Shown here one piece after another: positions 49,790 to 59,297 of a DNA stretch of 64,000 nt; within the stretch, counting starts at the first letter, position 1, and each line of letters opens with the position of its first letter. The translations under genes were made by a program, and so were the position numbers. The notes beneath the pieces are model-generated. The model was not told the DNA's origin, searched no databases, and worked only from the letters and a program-made list of their open reading frames with translations. Source of the stretch: Oopsacas minuta (taxonomy: Eukaryota > Animalia > Porifera); the NCBI GenBank assembly GCA_024704765.1, contig JAKMXF010000309.1, positions 359,724 to 423,723 on the forward strand. The letters are read 5' to 3'.

Positions 49790-51061
49790 TCAGTCGTCTT
49801 CCTCCAATGCTTGGAAATGACTGTACGTGTATACTACCTTAGATTTACGTTTCATAAGCATGTATACGATACCTACAGTCACCAGTACAGTCACGATAAC
49901 CGTTAGAATCAGGACTAATAATACGCCTATGATTATACCGGCTAGCTTCCCAGCGTTAGAGTTGCCTGTAGCTGTTTGGTTAAGGCTGGGAGATACATTG
50001 GTTATGACGTGTGTATAGGAATTAGTATGTGAATGTACAGGAGTAGTAGAATATGTAGTCACTGTCTTAGAGGGTTCTGTCTGTTGTGTAGTGCAGTAAG
50101 GATTCACTGGCGGACCCGTGTATCCAGGACAACCAGACTTGTCAATTGGAATTCTCTGCTGTGGTAATATAGGAATTGATTGTGACAGAAATATCAAATT
50201 AACTCCGAACAGAATGCTATAGTCGTCTGGGTCTTCTAAGGTTACATGAACTTGTGGATTACCTGGGATAGAGAATGGAGGTAAGAATGTCGTGTTTTTA
50301 GTTATATTCTTAGAATAATGTTGGTCATTATTGTGATCATCAAACTTGGCTAGAATTGTAGGAGGAGATTGACAAGGCTCTATGATATATGATGACGTAA
50401 TATTAGCAATTAAAGGTATAGCACTAGGAGAGTTGCAGTTTATTGTCAAACAGTTTAAAGTTGATTGACATAGATTATTAGTCTTTGCTACCATATTGTG
50501 TATAGCTACACAGGTCTCCATACAAGAATAGGTTACATGACCATGAGTAGTGTAATGAGGGGTAGGTGGTGACGTCACTACGTGTCCATTCATACAGGTA
50601 ATGTTATCCAATGGAAAGCTTGTCTCTGGTACAAGAGTATAGGGATCTAATCCAGGTACGACTAGTTGTACGGAGAATGTTAATGTAGTATTATCGCTAT
50701 TATCAAGTACAACAGCTAACTGAGGATTCCCGATGGCAGTAGTATAAGGAATATCTACTGACTCATTGTGTGTAAACTCATGAGAGTATTCATTACCTGA
50801 AATGGAACCGTTTACTAGAATAGCGGCTGGATGTTTGCATGGTTCTACGATTATATGAAATTCTGAGTTCTCTGGTAGTACTGGCACTGTTGGCTTGCAA
50901 TTCAAAGAGAAGCAACTTTGATCGACCGAGCATTGAACAAAATTACCTGCGTTATCCGTGTTTGCTATGGACTGTAGTTTTTGGCATCTTTCGTTTTGAG
51001 CTGAGTGGGTAGCGTACACTGTTATTATCGCATAGGAGAGCAGGAGAACTATTGCTTTCAT
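49790..51061 (-). CDS. Uncharacterised type-I membrane glycoprotein with two 6-Cys domains
   Basis: Signal peptide, two ~130-aa repeats, S/T-rich stalk, one TM helix, short tail; 423-codon ORF. Confidence 0.85.
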   Translation of the reverse strand: MKAIVLLLSYAIITVYATHSAQNERCQKLQSIANTDNAGNFVQCSVDQSCFSLNCKPTVPVLPENSEFHIIVEPCKHPAAILVNGSISGNEYSHEFTHNESVDIPYTTAIGNPQLAVVLDNSDNTTLTFSVQLVVPGLDPYTLVPETSFPLDNITCMNGHVVTSPPTPHYTTHGHVTYSCMETCVAIHNMVAKTNNLCQSTLNCLTINCNSPSAIPLIANITSSYIIEPCQSPPTILAKFDDHNNDQHYSKNITKNTTFLPPFSIPGNPQVHVTLEDPDDYSILFGVNLIFLSQSIPILPQQRIPIDKSGCPGYTGPPVNPYCTTQQTEPSKTVTTYSTTPVHSHTNSYTHVITNVSPSLNQTATGNSNAGKLAGIIIGVLLVLILTVIVTVLVTVGIVYMLMKRKSKVVYTYSHFQALEEDD

Positions 51062-51340
51062 TCTTAACTAATTAATGGATTTTGGTAAAAAAAATTGATT
51101 ATCGACAATTTGTAGCAAAGATAAGTTTCTTTCTATTATTGCAGCTTATCTCGACAGATAGGATAGAGTAAACTTCTTAAAAATGGAAATAGATTAGTTT
51201 GATATTTCTTAGTTGTATAGTTAATTGTTTGCCTTTATAGGCACACTTTCTTAAATTCTCTACAAAAGTAATTATACTATTTTGTCAATGTAATAGTATC
51301 ACAAGATTTCATAATATTAATTAATTAATTATCCAAAATA

Positions 51341-52171
51341 TTAATAACAATAATACGCAAAAATTACAATTCTCCCATTGTACGTATCACTGACTATATT
51401 CATAGAGCCTTTACTATCTAGTTGTATGTCCAAAGGATTATCAAACTGAAACATATGTCTTTGCTTATGAGAAATTGGAAATATTTGTTTTCCACTTCTC
51501 GAAAATACAATTATTGAGTTGAGAGAGGTTGGACATAAAATAAAATTACCTTTCGCGTCGATTACAAATCTGTTTAGACTCTCACTGCTCCAAGAATCTA
51601 TTTTCTCTAAAGTAATATTTCCTAAGATATTGCCGTCTTCTTGAAAGTAAGTAATGTTTGTTGTTTTGTCGAGGACGAAAACTATTTCTTGTTGGTTAAC
51701 ACGAACACATAAAGGCTGTACTAACTTACCTTTCCCCAATGTTAGTGTATAAGGCAATTGAGAAGATAAGATTATTACTTTGTTTGAAAATATGCAAGTT
51801 ATGTATAGATTTGAGGTTGTAATAGAATAGCAGAGAGACCAGGGATTCTCTAATAGATCCATTTCTGTAATATACTCACCATCAATAGTGAATAATATAA
51901 TTGCATTTCTCCTATAATCAGCTACACAAACCACAGAGCCGATCAAGCTAATTGATGTCGGATAACAGAACCTCCCAGATCCTGTGCCATATCTACCAAA
52001 CGAGTAAATACAATCTTTTGTATTTATATTTATAACTTTACAAACAGGATCTCCACTCCTCTCAATTGCTATTATTGAGTTAGTTTCTTCAAACAAACAT
52101 ACTGCCCCAGGGCAATCGAGCGAGTCAGTTATTTTACTCTTTTCTGAGATACAAACTGTGTGTACAGTCAT
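51341..52171 (-). CDS. Stand-alone NHL-repeat beta-propeller protein
   Basis: FGRYGTGSGRFCYPTSI, VADYRRNAI, LENPWSL, LVQPLCV, FDNPLDI. Confidence 0.8.
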   Translation of the reverse strand: MTVHTVCISEKSKITDSLDCPGAVCLFEETNSIIAIERSGDPVCKVININTKDCIYSFGRYGTGSGRFCYPTSISLIGSVVCVADYRRNAIILFTIDGEYITEMDLLENPWSLCYSITTSNLYITCIFSNKVIILSSQLPYTLTLGKGKLVQPLCVRVNQQEIVFVLDKTTNITYFQEDGNILGNITLEKIDSWSSESLNRFVIDAKGNFILCPTSLNSIIVFSRSGKQIFPISHKQRHMFQFDNPLDIQLDSKGSMNIVSDTYNGRIVIFAYYCY

Positions 52172-52217
52172 AACTAATTTTATTATTTGGTATTTTATAT
52201 GAGCTTATATTTAGCTA

Positions 52218-52917
52218 TGAATGCGATAGCAGATACACCGATAAACTCTGCTCATGTACATTGGAGGCTCGCGGAATCTAAACTATACACAGGACAGCAA
52301 AAACAGTCTCTGTGTGAGTTTAATACTGTCATAGAACTGCTGGAGAGAGCTAAGCTACACAGTCAGGACGGACAATCAATTTGTTGTATTAATAAACAGA
52401 TTGAGTTTCATAAACGGAGAATTCATTTACTTGCAAGTTTCCACACGAATGCAGAGATAGATGATAATAATTCGTTGAATGAAGATGGCTTTGAATTGTT
52501 AAAAGGAGGTTTGTTTGTTTGTTTGTTGTTAATTGTAAGTATAAATTTGCTTAATTGATTTATATAGTTGTTAAAGAAATTGGAGAAGATTCAATGCAAG
52601 TAATTAAAGAATTTGAACCAATGTTGGCCGCAGTTACTGTTGAGGACAAAATATTGGAAGCAAATATTGTAGACAAACCCAATATTGATTTGGTTGAAAT
52701 TAAAATAAATCCGGAAATCAGAACAGACACAATACAAACAAATATTCAATTATCAAACAATTCTCTCGGAATTGAAGATCAGCTAAAATTATATCTTGCA
52801 AGGATTGCAGAGTTAGAGAGCGAGAACAGAGCTCTAAGCGAGAGTCTGCAAAAGGAAAGGACAGAGAAATGTTTACTGATGACATCTATCAAAGATTTGA
52901 CACAATTTAATAATTAG
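52218..52917 (+). CDS. NRBF2: NRBF2-like protein (MIT-like domain plus coiled coil), 2 exons
   Basis: TPINSAHVHWRLAE resembles NRBF2 PLNLAHQQSRRAD; C-terminal IAELESENRALSESL coiled coil; phase-1 intron ~52509-52567. Confidence 0.7.
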
Positions 52918-53890
52918 AACTGTCATATTATTGCTGGGGTATTTGTATATATTGTATAGAATTGTCTTGGTCTATCCAATCTTCTTTCTATATGTATTAC
53001 TGTGGTGAGATACTATAGAAAATTTTTCTCAAAACTTTCTCGAAGCCCATCATATATTTGTTTTATGAATGTTTTTACGGAAAATATATATTTCACAATC
53101 ATTTACCGTTTTTTATTGATGTTATAAACTGAAATATTTGCTTGTATAAACAAAAGTATATTTCAATTCAATTCTATAGCAAATTTGACCAAAATTCCCA
53201 TGAACTTGCTTCAATAAATGGGGTATGAAAAGTTAGTATTTATCAGTGTTTCACGAATAGCCCTCTTAATGACACCTTGCTCCGCTATTTGTATAAATAA
53301 TTTTGTTAAAATTTCATCCTCGTAGCTTTTGGGGAGCATTGATTCCAGGCGAATATTTTTCGAAACTTCCGATTTGAAAATTTACACTATCGAATGTTTT
53401 GCAACTTTTATGTGCATAATTTATGGTTAAACCGTCTTCATTCTTGCATAAATTGGTAAAGAAATTCTTCTAATATCTTGTTATTTTCTTCTTTGACGAA
53501 CACTCATTCAAAAACACATTTTATTCTGATTTTGTATGGATGACAGTAGAATAGTTTTTTACGAGCTCATTATTCAAATGCTTATTCTCTCTCTTACAGT
53601 AATTTACATTATTCAGTTTTGATCCTCAACCTGTAGCAGACACTGGATTGACCGTTAGGCGCAATCTTGTAAGTTTCTATCCCTCTTTGAGACGGAAAAT
53701 TATGAAAGAGTAAGTGACACAGACACAAAATAGAAGCTGAATTAAATCAGCTTTGAAAATACAGAAAGCTTTGAGTATGAATACAATTCTACGAGGCGAC
53801 ATAGCAGCTACTATAAAATACACTCAATACAATTCTAATGCACCATTCAACCTTGCAACTCTACTACTTCAACTATCAACAAATTACAAA

Positions 53891-54445
53891 ATGAGTACAA
53901 AAACTCCAAAAGCACCTAAGAAAGCCACGAAATCTTCTCATCCTCCTTACAATGACATGATTGTTGCTGCCTTGAAGGCGGGTAGCCGTAAAGGCCTTTC
54001 CAAAATTGGAATCTCTAAATACATCAAAGAGAACTACTCTGTCAATGACGGTGTGCATGATTCCCAAACTAAGCAAACCCTGAAACGACTCTTGCTCTCT
54101 GGTAAACTAGTCAAAGTGAAAGGAATCGGACTCGCGGGCTCTTTCAAATTCAGCAAAAACTTCATGGAGACTGAAGGAAAGAAAAACAAGACGTCCTCAG
54201 CAAAGAAAACGACTAAAAAGCCCGCTATTACCCTCACTGCTACTACAGCAAAACCTAAAAAGCCAACTACCAAGAAACCATCTACAGCCAAGAAACCATC
54301 CCCTAAGAAGCCAGCAGCTAAACCCAAGAAAGATACACCCAAAAAGAAATTTGCCGCAAGCAAAGCTCCTGCTAAGCCTAAAGCTAAGAAACCGCCCGTA
54401 AAGAAGACAAAGACTCCAAAGAAACCAGCAACCAAGAAGAAGTAA
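53891..54445 (+). CDS. Linker histone H1, single exon
   Basis: SHPPYNDMIVAAL..GLSKIGISKYI..LVKVKGIGLAGSFK globular domain plus K/P/A-rich tail; true start ATG 53891. Confidence 0.97.
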   Translation: MSTKTPKAPKKATKSSHPPYNDMIVAALKAGSRKGLSKIGISKYIKENYSVNDGVHDSQTKQTLKRLLLSGKLVKVKGIGLAGSFKFSKNFMETEGKKNKTSSAKKTTKKPAITLTATTAKPKKPTTKKPSTAKKPSPKKPAAKPKKDTPKKKFAASKAPAKPKAKKPPVKKTKTPKKPATKKK

Positions 54446-54465
54446 ATTGTACTTGTCATCAAACC

Positions 54466-54481
54466 GGCTTTTTTTAAAGCC
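54466..54481 (+). terminator. Replication-dependent histone 3' stem-loop
   Basis: AAACC-GGCTTT-TTTT-AAAGCC: 6-bp stem and 4-nt U-rich loop, 20 nt after the H1 stop. Confidence 0.9.
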
Positions 54482-54919
54482 ATATTTCATACTATTCTTT
54501 CAAATTTATTACAAATGAATATTATTCTACTGAATTATCCCTCAATACAACTACACTATATTTATTATAACTGTCTAACTTTAATTTTGAAATCTTTTCG
54601 TACGCTGTAATAGAACCTACAAATCTTGGCCCTATTAGTAAATGACAGAAGATTTGTCATTTGCTAATCGGGGAATATTACCAATGGAATTCTGCTCTGA
54701 CTCACTGGAGACCGTATTTGGGAACTTATGAATATTCAATACAAATTTGCAATTTATAGAAACATATCAGCTTGCAATTAACTCATAGCCAAAATACATT
54801 TGCAAACCACTTACCTTCTGATAGGCTCTTTGAAATGCAATCTTTCCACAATTTAGAACTTATATACACATATTAGAAAACATGACATAATTCATACAGA
54901 CAATTCCCTCATATTCTCA

Positions 54920-56104
54920 ATGTATAAATTCTGCACTTTGGAAGAAGTTTTGAATGATGAAAAGGAAAAGTTGTCAAAAGTAAAAAGTTACAAACAAGAT
55001 CAATCAGTTTGCAATCGAAATAACAGCAAAATTATAGAATCTAAGCTTTCCAATGAGAAGGATAAGTTAGTCCAATCTCCTATCTATGATAATGTAGATG
55101 TAATTCCAGTTGGCCGAGGATCAAGTTCATTTCAGGTACTCCCAAAACAGGATTACAAAATTATTGATGGTGTATACGGAGATATCCGCTATAAGAAGGA
55201 GATGAGACCAAATATTAACGTGAAGAGACCGGAAGTACTACCCAAGCCCAAACTAAGTATGAAACAGAAGAAAACCATTCTTAGACATGATCCAACTGAT
55301 GAAATAGCAGCAACAAATATAGATAATCAAGAAATACAACTCAAATTACAAACTGAACAAGACTCTAGTCTAAAACCAAGGAATCAAACCACGGACAATT
55401 ATATTGCAATGGGATTCACCAAAGGCGAGCAACAATTTGTAGATATCAAGAATCAACTAAGTAATGCATCCAGGGAGATTCCGCGACCGAAGCCAAGAGA
55501 ATTGTTGGGTGGAAGCTATGTGGAAATGGTAACCACGGAGAAATGCAATGCACAATTAAATTCGGATAATATTCTATACACCAAGGAAACAGATATTCCG
55601 AATTTACAAAAAAAGTATTATTACATCGAAGATGCTTGGGAACATCAAAATATTGGAGGATTTGCTGGGTCAAAGTATTTGGAGATTGAAGAATCAAATG
55701 TTAAAGAATATATTCATCCAATTCAAAGTTCAAAAGATGTACAATCTTCCTCAATACATCCACTTCCCAGAGATGAATTATCTGACCTGTTGTACGAACC
55801 TGTAAGTAGCATTTTGAGAGAGGGAGGAAGAGGATCTGACAATTCTACAAACTTTACTGAGATCGATAATAATAGCTCAAAATATTATGCTTTTGATGTG
55901 GCAACCGATTCTATTTCCAAGGAAAGAGAAAGTATTACACCAAATAGAGACAGAAATCCTGTTAGAATAGAGAAAAATGAAATAAAAGTTCGACCAAGGA
56001 CAAAAACAGATTTACCTGGCTCATTCTTTGAAGATTTTTCGAACAATTCTGAGTTGGCGAAACTTGGCGAAAAAATACGCAAACAACTCGAAAGTAACAA
56101 ATGA
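54920..56104 (+). CDS. Disordered protein with many Tyr-based motifs, single ORF
   Basis: 394-codon ORF in AT-rich DNA; no recognisable folded domain. Confidence 0.7.
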   Translation: MYKFCTLEEVLNDEKEKLSKVKSYKQDQSVCNRNNSKIIESKLSNEKDKLVQSPIYDNVDVIPVGRGSSSFQVLPKQDYKIIDGVYGDIRYKKEMRPNINVKRPEVLPKPKLSMKQKKTILRHDPTDEIAATNIDNQEIQLKLQTEQDSSLKPRNQTTDNYIAMGFTKGEQQFVDIKNQLSNASREIPRPKPRELLGGSYVEMVTTEKCNAQLNSDNILYTKETDIPNLQKKYYYIEDAWEHQNIGGFAGSKYLEIEESNVKEYIHPIQSSKDVQSSSIHPLPRDELSDLLYEPVSSILREGGRGSDNSTNFTEIDNNSSKYYAFDVATDSISKERESITPNRDRNPVRIEKNEIKVRPRTKTDLPGSFFEDFSNNSELAKLGEKIRKQLESNK

Positions 56105-56935
56105 GTAAAATTAAACAGTTAAATATATGATATATGCACATTAATAAATTACCAAAAATGCTGTAGTTATAATTCGGATGTTCTTATAAGGAAATGATCT
56201 TTAGACTATTAGTTAGTTTATATATCCTGTAGCTGTGTGGTGAAATTATGAAGATATTCTTGCGGTAGCTAAATCAGATGCGCTAACTTGTCCTTACAAG
56301 GAAATGTTCATATAATTATAAGAGAATGTTTCTATAATTATACGAGGGTTTTGTAGGCTTTAGCCCATTACTTTAAGAAATTATTAGAAGTGATTATATA
56401 ATTTAAAGTTTTATTTCTTAATGTTACAAAATTTGTTAACTAATAATAGCAAAAATATATAAATAACTAGGTGATAGTCCATAAGGGGTGCGCCGTAGTA
56501 ACATGACTGTGAGTAGACACATCTGAAATACTTCGTAAATCTCAGTGGTCAAAAGGCAGTCTCAAACGGAGTAGGTAGAATATGCTAATGAGGGAAATAG
56601 AGAAGAAGCAAAGGAAGAAACAAAAAAGGGAAGAAATGTGAATGATTAAGTTCAATTCTGATCGTATATATATACTTGTTGGTGAGTTGGAGGTATCACA
56701 ACATGTTAGCATAAACTATATTATTTCATTGGTTACCATCTGTAACAACTGAAATGGTTGTTACGAATGCAACACCTGCCCTAATTAAAAGAGTATAAAT
56801 AAGAGCAATATTTTTTGTTTGTAATATTTCTTCAACTTCTCTCTCAGATGTCACAACTCTTCACTTTCTTTCCTCTTCCACGCTCCTCTGCTCTCTATCT
56901 CATGCAGTGCTACAGTCTTACTCTCAAATCTTCCC

Positions 56936-57120
56936 TCACCTCTGCTCAATTTCTGACAGAATTCTCTCATGTCTTCAATCACCTCTGCTCAATTTTCTAA
57001 CAGAATTGTCTCAAATCTTCCCTCACCTCTGCTTAATTTTCGAACAGTATTCTCTTATTTCTTCACTCACCTCTGCCAAATTTCCTGGCAGAATACTCTC
57101 AATTCGCCAATCACCTCAGA
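56936..57120. repeat. Degenerate 43-44-bp tandem repeat, ~4.3 units
   Basis: TCACCTCTGC anchor at 56936, 56979, 57023, 57067 and TCACCTC at 57111. Confidence 0.85.
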
Positions 57121-57411
57121 CCTTATAGATATAAATTCCTACCTAACTGAACCTAGAAACATTAGAGATGCTAAAGAAGTGATTGGAAATACAATTATAG
57201 TGTATGTTAATTGATTTTTATAATTGTTAAGAGCTTAGAATTATGATTTGAATATTTGAAATATTGTGGAACTTATAATGCATAGGGTAGTGGAATAGTT
57301 ATAATACAAAACATTCATAAAATAGATTAAACAAGTAATACAGTCAATGCAGGTTATATGAACATCGTCGTGAACTGGAAATAATGGCCAGAAAACCAGA
57401 ATGTGTTAGAC

Positions 57412-57665
57412 AAGAACATGTTCTTATAACCAGTATGTCTTATATAATAACAAGTTGTTATAAACATGTTTGAAAAAAGAACAAGTACTTAAAACCAACA
57501 AGTCTTATATAAGAACATATTCTTGTAACCAGCATGTCTTATATAATGACATATTATTATAACCAGCATGTCTTATATAATAACAAGTTCTTGTAACCAG
57601 CATGTCTTAAAGAAGAACAAGTACTTATAAACAGCAATTCTTAGACAAGAACATGCTCTTATACG
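57412..57665. repeat. Degenerate 34-bp tandem repeat, ~7 units
   Basis: Consensus close to TTATAACCAGCATGTCTTATATAAGAACAAGTTC; preceded by a TACAGTCAATGCAGGTTATATGAAC terminus at 57339. Confidence 0.85.
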
Positions 57666-57675
57666 AGCTGTGGAC

Positions 57676-58550
57676 GAGGACTTAAAGGTTATTTCAAGTA
57701 GATGAATGTAGGCGGATGGCGTTTGATTGGATTCTAGCTGAAAAGGGTGAACCGGGGGGCCGTGAGAATTTTTTGGAAAACAAGGAAAGGAGCGAGAATG
57801 TCTTCCCAGTATTCTAGATAACTAGACAATCGATGATGTGTGTTAATGCGTCGAAGTATGAGATACACGAAAGTGTTTGAAATAGGGACGAGCGAGACTT
57901 TGATTGGATTCTAGCTGAAAAGGGTGAACCAAGGGGACGGCTGTGTGGATTTCTGTGCTAGTTGACTAGCTGATCGGAGTGTTGACTTGATTAGTTATGA
58001 ACTGAACCAGAGAGGAGGACTTAAAGGTTATTTCAAGTAGATGAATGTAGGCGGATGGCGTTTGATTGGATTCTAGCTGAAAAGGGTGAACCGGGGGGCC
58101 GTGAGAATTTTTTGGAAAACAAGGAAAGGAGCGAGAATGTCTTCCCAGTATTCTAGATAACTAGACAATCGATGATGTGTGTTAATGCGTCGAAGTATGA
58201 GATACACGAAAGTGTTTGAAATAGGGACGAGCGAGACTTTGATTGGATTCTAGCTGAAAAGGGTGAACCAAGGGGACGGCTGTGTGGATTTCTGTGCTAG
58301 TTGACTAGCTGATCGGAGTGTTGACTTGATTAGTTATGAACTGAACCAGAGAGGAGGACTTAAAGGTTATTTCAAGTAGATGAATGTAGGCGGATGGCGT
58401 TTGATTGGATTCTAGCTGAAAAGGGTGAACCAAGGGGACGGCTGTGTGGATTTCTGTGCTAGTTGACTAGCTGATCGGAGTGTTGACTTGATTAGTTATG
58501 AACTGAACCAGAGAGGAGAACTTAAAGGTTATTTCAAGTAGATGAATGTC
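57676..58550. repeat. 339-bp tandem repeat running into the assembly gap
   Basis: Unit starts at 57676, 58015, 58354 and ~58515; third unit is internally deleted. Confidence 0.95.
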
Positions 58551-58741
58551 NNNNNNNNNNNNNNNNNNNNNNNNNNNNNNNNNNNNNNNNNNNNNNNNNN
58601 NNNNNNNNNNNNNNNNNNNNNNNNNNNNNNNNNNNNNNNNNNNNNNNNNNNNNNNNNNNNNNNNNNNNNNNNNNNNNNNNNNNNNNNNNNNNNNNNNNNN
58701 NNNNNNNNNNNNNNNNNNNNNNNNNNNNNNNNNNNNNNNNN
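58551..58741. other. Assembly gap (N run)
   Basis: Run of N. Confidence 1.
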
Positions 58742-58835
<94 letters not shown>

Positions 58836-58837
58836 TA
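58742..58837. repeat. (TAA)n microsatellite
   Basis: Near-pure TAA run abutting the gap. Confidence 0.98.
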
Positions 58838-59297
58838 AATCCACAGTTGCGTTTTGAATTTGTTTGCAGGACAGTTTCAATTTTGTAATTATACTAACAT
58901 ACTTACGTGTTGGTATTTATTTTTGTATTCTATCACATCTTACTTGAAACAATTACCCAAATTTGATTTATACTGAAGTGTGCGGGGTTTGTTCCTTAAA
59001 GTAATTATTGAAGTTCGATAATTTGTTGAATGGAATGATTTGTAATAATCTTTGTAATAATCTTTGTAATAATCTTTAGTTTGAATTTCCAAATGTTGGA
59101 ATATTTTCTGATTATTTCCTTGCACGTAAGTTGCGTTAGTTTATAATAATTTATGATTTGTGAGGAATAAACTAAAATTCATTTTTTGGAATTCCTTTCC
59201 TGATTCAGTCACTGCGCGTATATCTATTAAATGAATTGTAATTCGATACTCTAATTTTTCAAAAATTGTATGCTATTTCTTTTGGAAATATTCTCTA

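Noticed and set aside
53000-53600. Minus-strand stretch with coding-like segments broken by stops and frameshifts
   Set aside because: Possibly a decayed gene or transposon, but no family could be recognised.
53753-53890. N-terminal extension of H1 in the ORF track
   Set aside because: It starts at a non-ATG codon and spans the TATA box; ATG 53891 gives a normal H1.
54034-54490. Hydrophobic minus-strand ORFs over H1, and similar antisense ORFs (e.g. 33296-33577, 32143-32403, 6666-6875, 49381-49683)
   Set aside because: Shadow frames of well-supported genes on the opposite strand.
56936-57665. CRISPR-like interpretation of the 44-bp and 34-bp arrays
   Set aside because: Eukaryotic context, degenerate units without unique spacers, and no cas genes.
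58467-58880. Poly-Ile/poly-Asn ORFs in the ORF track
   Set aside because: Artefacts of the N gap and the (TAA)n microsatellite.
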